64,000 nucleotides of DNA from an uncultured delta proteobacterium (GTDB lineage Bacteria > Desulfobacterota > RBG-13-43-22). The stretch covers positions 192,001 through 256,000 of the forward strand of contig CAWBOS010000010.1 of NCBI GenBank assembly GCA_963790475.1. Direction: 5' to 3'. A program made the position numbers and the translations under genes. The notes beneath the pieces are model-generated. The model made no database searches and was not told the DNA's origin. It saw only the letters and a program-made list of their open reading frames with translations. How positions within the stretch are numbered: the first letter of the stretch is position 1; the number at the start of each line of letters is the position of its first letter. This document shows positions 1 through 8,469 of the stretch, piece after piece.

Positions 1-58
1 TGATGGTGATGGTCGCGATCAATTCTTTTGATTCATAAAGCACCAGATCATCGCTCAT
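1..58 (-). CDS. 5' end of a probable enoyl-CoA hydratase/isomerase (runs off window)
   Basis: Reverse strand reads MSDDLVLYESKELIATITI, a crotonase-like N-terminus; GGAGG RBS at 66-70. Confidence 0.6.
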   Translation of the reverse strand, partial: MSDDLVLYESKELIATITI

Positions 59-362
59 AATGGTTCCTCCTGGAATTTATTTCCTGTTGAAATATTTTTT
101 AAGCGAAATTTTGTAGGCTTGAAGAAGTATAGGTTAAGTGGGGGGAGGGATCAAGCGGTTTCCCTTGGCGAGCGATCACAAAAGTGAAAAAATAAGGCCA
201 GGGATTTCTGTGTGCCTCCGTGGCCGATTCGAATTAAGGTGTCTTCGTTTACCGGACTGAATGCGGCCAATCTTCGGCAAAAAGTAACTTATGGTGATTG
301 ACTGGACTGGTTATGGCGGCGCCGAGCCCATGGCCGCTCGCAGCCATTGACCGTCAAAGTTA

Positions 363-410
363 TTGACAAACCCATATCGATCCTGATATCGTATTACAAA
401 TTATATCGAT
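363..410 (+). promoter_or_regulatory. Promoter and likely autoregulatory operator of the vapBC pair
   Basis: TTGACA at 363-368; ATATCGAT at 374-381 and 403-410 plus ATATCGTA at 386-393; GGAGG RBS at 411. Confidence 0.5.
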
Positions 411-422
411 GGAGGTAATGGT

Positions 423-629
423 ATGCAATCAATAACGGTGTCCCCTAAATATCAGGTCGTTATCCCTAAAACAGTCCGGAAGTCGTTGAATATCCGTCCC
501 GGCCAAAAAATGCAGGTTGTCGAATATGCCGGACGCATAGAGCTCATTCCGGAAAGGGATATTAAGGAGCTCCGGGGATTCCTCAGGGGCATCAATACTG
601 AATTCAAACGGGAGGGAGACAGGGTATGA
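423..629 (+). CDS. AbrB/MazE/SpoVT-family antitoxin
   Basis: 68 aa with the swapped-hairpin motif VSPKYQVVIPKxVRxxLxIxPG; overlaps the downstream PIN gene (ATGA). Confidence 0.88.
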   Translation: MQSITVSPKYQVVIPKTVRKSLNIRPGQKMQVVEYAGRIELIPERDIKELRGFLRGINTEFKREGDRV

Positions 630-1000
630 ATATCGTGGATTCTTCCGGCTGGCTGGCCTACTTCGCCGATGAGCCTAATGCCAAACATTTCCTGATCCCT
701 TTGAGTGATCCGACCTTGCTGGTTGTTCCGACGGTAACGATATACGAGGTCTTCAAGGTCATTCTCCGGGAATCAACAGAGAATGAAGCTTTGCAGGCGG
801 TTGTTGCCATGCAAAAAGGAACGGTTGTGGATCTGAACGCACCCATGGCTATTTCTGCTTCGAAGCTAAGTTTGGAGCTTAATCTTCCAATGGCGGACAG
901 TATCATTCTGGCGACGGCACAGGAATTCAAAGCCGTTCTCTGGACTCAGGATTCAGACTTTAAAAGAATAAGTAATGTGAAGTATTTTCCTAAGAAATAA
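626..1000 (+). CDS. vapC: VapC-family PIN-domain toxin
   Basis: IVDSSGW...TIYEV...LPMADSIILATA...LWTQDSDF PIN acidic motifs; 124 aa. Confidence 0.88.
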   Translation: MNIVDSSGWLAYFADEPNAKHFLIPLSDPTLLVVPTVTIYEVFKVILRESTENEALQAVVAMQKGTVVDLNAPMAISASKLSLELNLPMADSIILATAQEFKAVLWTQDSDFKRISNVKYFPKK

Positions 1001-1103
1001 AAAATGGTGACCCATTAATCCCTCGAATGCCCGCTTCCCCCTAAAGAAGTGGAAGGAGAAAATAAAATAGCCTGGCGTCCCTTGATTTCTCCAGAGCCGC
1101 CCC

Positions 1104-1160
1104 ACATTGCTCAAAGTGGCGGCTCGCCATCCTAAAGTGCTGAAGGATCTGGCGGCCTAA
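1104..1160 (+). pseudogene. C-terminal remnant of an HTH (HigA/YiaG-like) antitoxin; second decayed copy at 5724-5776
   Basis: Reads TLLKVAARHPKVLKDLAA*; homologous DNA at 5724-5776. Confidence 0.45.
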
Positions 1161-1214
1161 TTGATATGCCGTGCTAAAGGGGACGAAGCGACCCTACGCT
1201 CACATAAGAAGTTT

Positions 1215-1243
1215 TTTGACAAATTAACTGGTTATGTTAAACT
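1215..1243 (+). promoter_or_regulatory. Repeated sigma70-like promoter / dif-like site, copy A
   Basis: TTGACA-16bp-TAAACT with TG extension; contains TTATGTTAAA; near-identical copies at 5833 and 7702. Confidence 0.55.
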
Positions 1244-1247
1244 TGTC

Positions 1248-1368
1248 TTATCTGTTTAGCTTTTTGAAATTCAAAATACTTTTTAGACAGGATCTACCGG
1301 ATTAGCTGGGTTTTAGTGCCTTTCCGGAAGAAAGTTACAAATCGTATCATCCTGCTGACAAAAATACT
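1248..1368. repeat. Truncated palindromic MITE-like element (GTATCTGTTxAGCTTTTTGAAATT...GACAGGAT family)
   Basis: Homologous to 7735-8226 and 50572-50692. Confidence 0.65.
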
Positions 1369-1543
1369 TGATGCGCCCGAAGCAGATCGGGGTTTCCGAC
1401 GAGAAGATTAGATTCCTCCTCGTCGGTGAATATCCGATGGCCGCCCACGGTTTGTCTCCGGGCTACTCTTGACACAGACATTTGTGTCATGCCCTTCTGT
1501 AGAAGATAAAGAAATCAAGAAGAGGAGGTATAGTTAAGACATC

Positions 1544-1762
1544 ATGATAAGCACACTTCAGATATCGCAGATGTCCCGGGAGGAGAAACTCCGGGTCCTG
1601 GAAGCCATATGGTCCGATCTCTCCAAGGACGAAGCTCAGGTGGAATCTCCCGAATGGCATGAGGAAGTTCTCAAAGAAACCGAGGCCAGGGTGGCTGCAA
1701 GTCAGGAGCACATTGTGGATTGGCCAACTGCAAAGCGGGAACTCAGAAAGCGCTTTGAATGA
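1544..1762 (+). CDS. Putative addiction-module antitoxin
   Basis: MSREEKLRVLEAIWSDL...SPEWHEEVL...DWPTAKRELR pattern; overlaps the toxin gene. Confidence 0.82.
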   Translation: MISTLQISQMSREEKLRVLEAIWSDLSKDEAQVESPEWHEEVLKETEARVAASQEHIVDWPTAKRELRKRFE

Positions 1763-2049
1763 GAATCAAGATCCTTTCCTCTGCCGTCGAAGACCTGCAT
1801 ACCGGTCGTCTCTTCTATGAGAAGCAGGGCGAAGGATTGGGCGAGTACTTCTTTGATTCCTTGTTCTCTGACATTGATTCCCTCCTGCTTTACGCAGGCA
1901 TCCATCAAAAGGTTTTCGGTTACCACCGTCTCTTGTCCAAGCGATTCCCTTATGCCGTATACTACACGCTTGATCAAGACTTGATCATAGTCAGGCGGGT
2001 TCTTGACCTCCGACGACATCCGGACAGAATTCGTCATGCTTTGAAATAA
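1759..2049 (+). CDS. RelE/ParE-family toxin
   Basis: AVEDL...FYEKQGEGLGEYF...KRFPYAVYY...VLDLRRHP, typical ParE-like sequence. Confidence 0.85.
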   Translation: MRIKILSSAVEDLHTGRLFYEKQGEGLGEYFFDSLFSDIDSLLLYAGIHQKVFGYHRLLSKRFPYAVYYTLDQDLIIVRRVLDLRRHPDRIRHALK

Positions 2050-2200
2050 GGAAACTAAATAAGTTTCTTTTTGGGGCTAAAAAAGACAATACAGGCCATG
2101 AAAACCCCTATTTCTGGGACACTAAAGATGAATAATCATGAACTTATCGTGGTCCGATCCCATTCAAGGAATGGAAAGAATTCTTAAGGAGAAGGTAATT

Positions 2201-2419
2201 ATGAGACGGCGAAAAAAGACCAAGTATGTGCATGAAGGACAGTACGTGGCCGAAGTGGATGTCGATCTGATCGAAGACGAGGGTGAATGGTCCCCGTACC
2301 TTAGTATTGAAGATGCCTACAAACTTGATGACGTGCGAGATGCTCTCCGCCGAGGTGATCTTGTATCGGCTTCCCAATACGGCCGAATTTTCGAGCTTCG
2401 CCGCGTGGCCCAACAATAA
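2201..2419 (+). CDS. Small conserved hypothetical protein, possible orphan antitoxin
   Basis: 72 aa from ATG 2201 after AGGAGAAGG; the preceding TYRGPIPFKEWKEFLRRR* looks like a decayed partner-gene tail. Confidence 0.55.
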   Translation: MRRRKKTKYVHEGQYVAEVDVDLIEDEGEWSPYLSIEDAYKLDDVRDALRRGDLVSASQYGRIFELRRVAQQ

Positions 2420-2453
2420 CATTGGTATCACCTCAAAGATCTTAAGGAGATTT

Positions 2454-2549
2454 ATGGCCCGATTCCATGTCTCAAAAGATCCATCCAATCAACTAAGCCC
2501 CATCTTTGCCTACGATCCTCTTAATGTAAAAAATCCGTTCTGGTTATAA
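2454..2549 (+). pseudogene. Mini-ORF A: putative internally deleted tyrosine recombinase
   Basis: AAGGAG RBS; MARFHVSKDPSNQLSPIFAYDPL-NVKNPF; homologous to 5917 and 8271. Confidence 0.45.
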
Positions 2550-2558
2550 CATGATAAA

Positions 2559-2596
2559 GGGGAGATATTAAGAAACCACAGAATAACTTGTTAGCC
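2559..2596 (+). other. Putative attI-like recombination site A
   Basis: GGGGAGATATTAAGAAACCACAGAATAACTTGTTAGCC, conserved at 6021 and 8416; ends in a GTT core. Confidence 0.45.
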
Positions 2597-2688
2597 ATAG
2601 AATAGGAATTACAACAAATCATTCACGAAAACAGAAGCGAGCAAAAGGAGAAGACAAGGACCTCCATGACCAGGACCGAATACACGCT

Positions 2689-4080
2689 ATGCGACTATAT
2701 TTAATCAACCCTTCAAACCCGCTGGTCGCCATCACCAAAATCAAAGAGAGCCGCTGGAACCGGTACCGGGTGTGGAAACCCCTCGGCCTTATGGTTCTCG
2801 CGGGACTGACCCCGTCGGAGTGGGAAATCTCGATTGTCGATGAGAACCTCGGTGTGCCGGACTATTCAGCCATGCCGCGGCCGGACCTGGTGGGCATTAC
2901 CGCTTTCACTTCCCAGGCGAACCGCGCCTATGAAGTGGCCGCTTACTTCCGGAGTCTGGGCGTGCCCGTCGTTATGGGCGGTATTCATGCCACCATGTGC
3001 ATAGAGGAGGTCATGGAACGTGTGGACTCGGTTGTCACCGGGGAAGCGGAGAGCATCTGGCGGCAGGTCCTGGAGGATTCCCGACAAGGGAGTCTGAAGC
3101 GCCGGTATGACGGAGGGCTGGCTGAGATCGGCGATGTCCCCTTGGCCCGCCATGATTTGCTTAATAGGGGATATGCCTTCGGAGCAATTCAAACCACACG
3201 GGGCTGCCCACTGAACTGCACCTTTTGCAGTGTGACCGCTTTTAACGGCGCCCACTACAGGCTGCGACCCATTCCGGATATCGTCCGGGAATTCCGGTTG
3301 ATCCGCGAGAAACTTGTTTTGGTGGTGGACGACAATCTCATCGGCACACGTCCTGAACATATCGCCCGCGCCAAGGACCTGTTCCGGGCCATGGCACAGG
3401 CGAACCTGCGGAAGGAATGGGTTGCTCAGGCCACCATTAATTTCGCCGATGACGAAGAACTTTTGTCGTTGGCCGCGAAGGCCGGTTGCAGAGGCGTTTT
3501 TATCGGTTTTGAGTCCCTCTCACCGGAAGGGCTTCGGGAAATCGGCAAGAAATTTAACCTGCTGAAGGGCCGGGACTTCCGAGCCTCCGTGCAGCGCATA
3601 CAGCGGCACAAGATACTGGTCGTAGGTTCCTTTATCATCGGTCTGGACATAGACGAACCGGGCATCGGCAAACGTATCGCCGAGGTGGCCGGCCGGTATG
3701 GCGTAGACAATCTCAATACCCTGTTTCTGACGCCCTTGCCGGGCACGCGCCTGTGGGACCGGATGAAATCGGAGGACCGCATTGCCCTTAACAGGTTCCC
3801 GGAAGACTGGAAATATTACACGCTGACCTTCCCGGTTGCCCGGTATAGGCATTTGTCTCTTGCCGGCGTGATTCAGGAAATGGTTAACTGCGACCGGGTC
3901 TTCTACTCCATGCCGCGTATCCTGCGCAGGGTCTGGAGCAGCTTATGGCAAGGCCGCAAGCCTTTGATCAGTCTCGTGGGCAACCTTTCCTACAGAAGGA
4001 ATCTCCAGTTGAATCGCAAGTCCTATGCGGACTTTATGAGTTACTCGGGTAATAGGCACAATTCTGTAAGAGAGGTATGA
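2689..4080 (+). CDS. Cobalamin-binding radical SAM protein, copy 1
   Basis: N-terminal B12-binding domain (PLGL...VGITAFT...VVMGGIHAT...GEAE) and TRGCPLNCTFC CxxxCxxC motif. Confidence 0.92.
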   Translation: MRLYLINPSNPLVAITKIKESRWNRYRVWKPLGLMVLAGLTPSEWEISIVDENLGVPDYSAMPRPDLVGITAFTSQANRAYEVAAYFRSLGVPVVMGGIHATMCIEEVMERVDSVVTGEAESIWRQVLEDSRQGSLKRRYDGGLAEIGDVPLARHDLLNRGYAFGAIQTTRGCPLNCTFCSVTAFNGAHYRLRPIPDIVREFRLIREKLVLVVDDNLIGTRPEHIARAKDLFRAMAQANLRKEWVAQATINFADDEELLSLAAKAGCRGVFIGFESLSPEGLREIGKKFNLLKGRDFRASVQRIQRHKILVVGSFIIGLDIDEPGIGKRIAEVAGRYGVDNLNTLFLTPLPGTRLWDRMKSEDRIALNRFPEDWKYYTLTFPVARYRHLSLAGVIQEMVNCDRVFYSMPRILRRVWSSLWQGRKPLISLVGNLSYRRNLQLNRKSYADFMSYSGNRHNSVREV

Positions 4081-4319
4081 AAAAGAATAATGATCGGCTT
4101 TTTTGAAAACTATATTTCAATGCGCAATGATCATGTCTACGGCGATCCCGAATATTCTTGGCGTGAATATATTACTAAATGCAGCTTACCCATAGAATTG
4201 CCTTGACTTTGCTACAATCGTGCATAACTTAAGAATTAGAATCAACATCACAAAGGTTGATGAGGTAATTGGCAATAAGCCCGGCTAATCGGGAACGAGA
4301 CAAAAAGGAGTGTGTCAAG

Positions 4320-4661
4320 ATGCAGGTAGAACGAATGAAGGTTGCGCCCGATACAGTAGCGTATGCAGACGGGGAGCAGCACAAGCTGGTGGTGGAGTTC
4401 GCAATCCCAGGAGCGCCAACGGATACCATCGATGTAAAGATCCTCAACGATAGTGTATATTTATTGGCGCCAGCAAGGGACATTGAGTACGTTTCGGCAC
4501 TGGCTTTGACTTGGCCGGTGAAACCTGAGAAAGCCGAAGCGACTTACGAACACGGATTGCTCCGAATTGAGGTGCCCTTCAAAGATCCGATGGAGGATGC
4601 TGTGAAGGTCGCCATCAAAGAAGGTGGCGCGGAAACCAAGATCAAAACAATCGTACCCTGA
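4320..4661 (+). CDS. Hsp20/alpha-crystallin small heat shock protein
   Basis: EFAIPG...AEATYEHGLLRIEVP motif; AAGGAG RBS before ATG 4320. Confidence 0.8.
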   Translation: MQVERMKVAPDTVAYADGEQHKLVVEFAIPGAPTDTIDVKILNDSVYLLAPARDIEYVSALALTWPVKPEKAEATYEHGLLRIEVPFKDPMEDAVKVAIKEGGAETKIKTIVP

Positions 4662-4736
4662 TGACCCGTTAAGTTGTTAGGCTAATAAACGAAACAACCG
4701 GGGTCGGACTTGACTTGACAATTAACTAATGAGGGT

Positions 4737-4895
4737 GGTCAGATACCTACTGGATTGTTAGATGACAATCAAAAAACAGGAGGTGTTTGAGCACCCAAGA
4801 GAAGCTTATCAGAAGAAAACAAAGTTTGATAGAGTTAGTCTAAATTCTTCAGAACGTATTCCAGGCCTGTAAAATCCATCGATTTTCGAGACAAT
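4737..4895 (+). mobile_element. Left-end remnant of an IS481-family element
   Basis: GGAGG RBS, then STQEKLIRRKQSLIELV*ILQNVFQACKIHRFSRQ, resembling IS481 transposase N-termini, with an internal stop. Confidence 0.5.
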
Positions 4896-5006
4896 TTATA
4901 CATTGCCGGCAGTACCGGCATTTTTTTTCGATAATGTACTATGGAGATCATGATATGAAAGACAAGCCTGCCATCCAGGATGTGATAGAGGAGAAATTTC
5001 GGTAAC

Positions 5007-5545
5007 ATGAACCTTTTGGAATCGCAATCAAGAGAAAACAAGCAATCATTGCATGAGTGGCGACAGGTGGTTGAATCCGTGGCCGCCTTTGCTACGAACC
5101 AAGGTGGATTTATACGCATCGGCATTAATCCCAGAGGGGAAAACTTTGGGGTCCGCATCGGCAAAGGCACTTTGGAAGATTTGTGCAATAAGATCAAACA
5201 AAATACGGACCCCCCTCAGTACCCATCTATCAAAGTGGAGGGGCAAGAGGAAGCTGGTATTATCGTAATCCAGGTTGAAGAATCACCTATCAAACCAGTC
5301 TGGGCTTTCGGGCGGCCTTTGAAGCGGGTTGGACGAACCAACCAGCATCTCTCAAGGAAGGAAACTCATCGGATGGTGGAAGCCACAACCGGCCACACTT
5401 GGGATGCGCTTCCGTCCCTGGGTTTTCCTTTAAAAGAGGCCTCCGAAGAATATGTCCGAGATCTCGCCACATAACTGTTCTCTGGCGTGGGCCTGGTCCA
5501 GAGGGCACGCGGACGATCTCTTCCCAAAGGCTCAAGTGGTCGCAT
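5007..5545 (+). pseudogene. Truncated Schlafen/AlbA_2-domain protein
   Basis: VAAFATNQGGFIRIGI...IQVEESPIKPV...KRVGRTN AlbA_2 motifs; frame ends at 5474, with a decayed continuation (LFPKAQV). Confidence 0.7.
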
Positions 5546-5832
5546 CACCCGATCGCCCTATTTTGACAGCACCCTGCTTCGTGAGGCCCAACAACCTTAC
5601 AGTGTCCATTTTGACCCTGAAAAACGCCTTTTAAGACAAAATATTACCCTTAAATGGGACGTTTATCCTGATATTAAAAGGGTTGGTCTGGTCCGGCCCC
5701 ATTCATCTTCTCCCCTTCAGCCTCTCAGCAAAGTGGCACCCGCCATCCTAAAGCGTTGCAGGAACCGGCAACATAATTGATACGCCGTGTCAAAGTGAAC
5801 GATCCGATCCTCTATTTTTCGATAAGAAATAT

Positions 5833-5861
5833 TTTGACAAATTAACCGGTTATGTTATACT
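5833..5861 (+). promoter_or_regulatory. Repeated sigma70-like promoter / dif-like site, copy B
   Basis: TTGACA(5834)-16bp-TATACT(5856), directly upstream of mini-ORF B. Confidence 0.6.
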
Positions 5862-5916
5862 TACCAAATTTAATCTGATCTTACAAGCCGCTTCCTAAAA
5901 GATCTTAAGGAGATTT

Positions 5917-6033
5917 ATGGCCCTGTTCCATGTCTCAAAAGATCCACCGAATCAACCAAGCATTACCCTTACCAGGGATCTTCTTAATTTAAAAACCCGT
6001 TCCCGTTATAACATGATAAAGGGGAGATATTAA
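5917..6033 (+). pseudogene. Mini-ORF B: putative internally deleted tyrosine recombinase
   Basis: AAGGAG RBS; MALFHVSKDPPNQPSITLTRDLL; homologous to 2454 and 8271. Confidence 0.4.
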
Positions 6034-6058
6034 GAAACCAAAGAATAACTTGTTAGCC
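6021..6058 (+). other. Putative attI-like recombination site B
   Basis: GGGGAGATATTAAGAAACCAAAGAATAACTTGTTAGCC. Confidence 0.45.
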
Positions 6059-6150
6059 ACAGAATAGGAATTACAACAAATCATTCACGAAAACAGAAGT
6101 GAGCAAAAGGAGAAGACAAGGACCTCCATGACCAGGACCGAATACATGCT

Positions 6151-7542
6151 ATGCGACTATATTTGATCAACCCTTCAAACCCCCTGGTCGCCATAACCAA
6201 AATCAAAGAGAGCCGCTGGAACCGGTACCGGGTGTGGAAACCCCTCGGCCTTATGGTTCTCGCGGGACTGACCCCGCCGGAGTGGGAAATCTCGATCATG
6301 GACGAGAACCTCGGTGCGCCGGACTATTCAGCCATGCCGCAGCCGGACCTGGTGGGCATTACCGCTTTCACTTCCCAGGCGAACCGCGCCTATGAAGTGG
6401 CCGCTTACTTCCGGAGTCTGGGCGTGCCCGTCGTCATGGGCGGAATTCACGCCACTATGTGCTTAGAGGAGGTCATGGAACGTGTGGACTCGGTTGTCAC
6501 CGGGGAAGCTGAGAGCATCTGGAGGCAGGTCCTGGAGGATGCCCGACATGGGAGTCTGAAGCGTCGGTATGACGGAGGGCTGGCCGAGATCGACGATGTC
6601 CCCTTAGCCCGCCATGATTTGCTTAATACGGGATACGCCCTCGGAGCTATCCAGACCACACGGGGCTGCCCACTGAACTGCACCTTTTGCAGCGTGACCG
6701 CCTTTAACGGTGCCCACTACAGGCTGCGACCCATCCCGGATATCATCCGGGAATTCCAGTTGATCCGCGAGAAACATGTTCTGGTGGTGGACGACAATCT
6801 CATCGGCACACGTCCTGAACATATCGCCCGCGCCAAGGACCTGCTCCGTGCCATGGCCCAGGCGAACCTTCGAAAGGAATGGGTTACCCAGGTCACCATT
6901 AACTTCGCCGATGACGAAGAACTCCTGTCGTTGGCCGCGAAGGCCGGGTGCAGAGGCGTCTTTATCGGCTTTGAGTCCCTCTCACCGGAAGGGCTTCGGG
7001 AAATCGGCAAGAAATTCAACCTGCTGAAGGGCCGGGACTTCCGAGCCTCCGTGCAGCGCATACAGCGGCACAAGATACTGGTCGTAGGTTCCTTTATCAT
7101 CGGTCTGGACATAGACGAACCGGGCATCGGCAGACGTATCGCCGAAGTGGCCGGCCGGTATGGCGTAGACAATCTCAATACTCTATTTTTGACGCCCTTG
7201 CCGGGCACGCGCCTGTGGGACCGGATGAAATCGGAGGACCGCATCACCCTTAACAGGTTTCCGGAAGACTGGAAATATTACACGCTGACCTTCCCGGTTG
7301 CCCGGTATAGGCATTTGTCTCTTGCCGGTATGATTCAGGAAAAGATTACCTGCGACCGGGGTTTCTACTCCATGCCGCGTATCCTGCGCAGAGTGTTGAC
7401 CAACTTATGGCAACGCCGCAAGCCGTGGATCAGTCTCGTGGGCAACCTTTCCTACAGAAGGAATCTCCAGTTGAATCGCAAGGTGTATGAAGACTTTATA
7501 TGTTACTCGGGCAATAGGCAAAATTCTGTAAGGGAGTCATGA
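6151..7542 (+). CDS. Cobalamin-binding radical SAM protein, copy 2
   Basis: 463 aa; about 34 substitutions versus copy 1 by hand count; CPLNCTFC intact. Confidence 0.92.
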   Translation: MRLYLINPSNPLVAITKIKESRWNRYRVWKPLGLMVLAGLTPPEWEISIMDENLGAPDYSAMPQPDLVGITAFTSQANRAYEVAAYFRSLGVPVVMGGIHATMCLEEVMERVDSVVTGEAESIWRQVLEDARHGSLKRRYDGGLAEIDDVPLARHDLLNTGYALGAIQTTRGCPLNCTFCSVTAFNGAHYRLRPIPDIIREFQLIREKHVLVVDDNLIGTRPEHIARAKDLLRAMAQANLRKEWVTQVTINFADDEELLSLAAKAGCRGVFIGFESLSPEGLREIGKKFNLLKGRDFRASVQRIQRHKILVVGSFIIGLDIDEPGIGRRIAEVAGRYGVDNLNTLFLTPLPGTRLWDRMKSEDRITLNRFPEDWKYYTLTFPVARYRHLSLAGMIQEKITCDRGFYSMPRILRRVLTNLWQRRKPWISLVGNLSYRRNLQLNRKVYEDFICYSGNRQNSVRES

Positions 7543-7574
7543 AATAATGGGTTGTTGATGACAGGTCTTGCAAT

Positions 7575-7634
7575 ATCACATTGAAGGAAATTGCCGAACC
7601 TCTGGGGTTCCACTATGCTACTATGAGTCGAAAA
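7575..7634 (+). pseudogene. C-terminal HTH remnant resembling the tail of REP-associated (RAYT/Y1) transposases
   Basis: Reads ITLKEIAEPLGFHYATMSRK. Confidence 0.4.
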
Positions 7635-7701
7635 TACCCTTTCCCCTATTTTCCCAAGTTTTTACATTTCTTAATAAACGTATTTCTTCCCTAAGAAATA
7701 T

Positions 7702-7730
7702 TTTGACAAATTAACTGGTTATGTTAAAAT
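7702..7730 (+). promoter_or_regulatory. Repeated sigma70-like promoter / dif-like site, copy C
   Basis: TTGACA(7703)-16bp-TAAAAT(7725); contains TTATGTTAAA. Confidence 0.55.
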
Positions 7731-7734
7731 TATC

Positions 7735-8226
7735 GTATCTGTTAAGCTTTTTGAAATTCAAAATATTTTTAGACAGGATCTACAGGATTACCTGGATTTT
7801 TGTGCCTTTCCACCTGCGGGCAGGCAGGGAAAGTCACAAACCCAATCTCTATACGGATAGAAACCTTGTATCAGTTTAGGTTTTTGAAATTACTATTCTC
7901 ACCGCTGAGGCGCAAAGGACGCCAAGAAGAAAATTTATCGATTGCCGGTGAGGGGCTGGCAATCGATAACCTTCGCTACCCTCCGGGTATTTATTTGGCC
8001 GGAGGCCAGAGCTGTTTTGTTTAATCCCGCCTCTCACGGGAATGAACAAGAATGATTCTCTCTGCGTTCTTTGCGGCTTTGCGGTGAACAAAAAATATTT
8101 TTTCAAATACCTAAAATATTACGAAACCCTAATTTCTGTTGAGAGAGGATTGAGGTTTCTCAGGATCTTCCGGAGCCTGAGAAAGGTACACGTAAATCCT
8201 GTTAATCCTGTCGGATAATATTTTAT
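7735..8226. repeat. Palindromic MITE-like element (outer) carrying a nested element
   Basis: GACAGGATCTACAGGATT pairs with AATCCTGTTAATCCTGTC (8195-8212); 5' end shared with 1248 and 50572. Confidence 0.7.
7868..8122. mobile_element. MITE with 22-bp imperfect TIRs and an 8-bp target-site duplication
   Basis: TIRs GTATCAGTTTAGGTTTTTGAAA / TTTCAAATACCTAAAATATTAC (18/22); flanks GAAACCTT and GAAACCCT; homolog at 55831. Confidence 0.75.
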
Positions 8227-8270
8227 TCTTATCTTACAGACTCCTTCCTTTTAGATCTTTAAGGAGATTT

Positions 8271-8450
8271 ATGGCCCAGTTCCATGTCTCAAAAGATCCA
8301 TCCAATCAACTAAGCCTTACCTTTGCCTACGATCTTGTATTAATATCCAATTTAAAACCACAGCAGACAAAACAATATTATTTTGCTTACAGCCATATTA
8401 AGAATCCCTTGGGTAGGGGAGCTATTGAGAAACCACAAAATAACTTGTAA
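8271..8450 (+). pseudogene. Mini-ORF C: putative internally deleted tyrosine recombinase
   Basis: AAGGAG RBS; MAQFHVSKDPSNQLSLTFAYDLVLISNLK...SHIKNPLG; 59 aa. Confidence 0.5.
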
Positions 8451-8453
8451 GGT
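8416..8453 (+). other. Putative attI-like recombination site C
   Basis: GGGGAGCTATTGAGAAACCACAAAATAACTTGTAAGGT; homology to sites A/B stops here and a different gene follows. Confidence 0.45.
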
Positions 8454-8469
8454 TTTAGAAGGAGGAGAT

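Noticed and set aside
2550-2688. Cobalamin riboswitch upstream of the B12 radical SAM genes
   Set aside because: No B12-box or AAGGGAA/GCCACTG core motifs were found by eye
4662-4683. CCCGTTAAGTTGTTAGGC after the Hsp20 gene as an attC site
   Set aside because: Only a possible R' box is present, with no pairing left arm; too short to support
2689-7542. Radical SAM duplicates as a diversity-generating retroelement TR/VR pair
   Set aside because: Differences are not adenine-specific, both copies are full-length genes, and no reverse transcriptase is in the window
7876-8106. Similar short ORFs at 7876-8106 and 55834-56064 as a protein family
   Set aside because: They are translations of the palindromic MITE; conservation follows base pairing rather than codons
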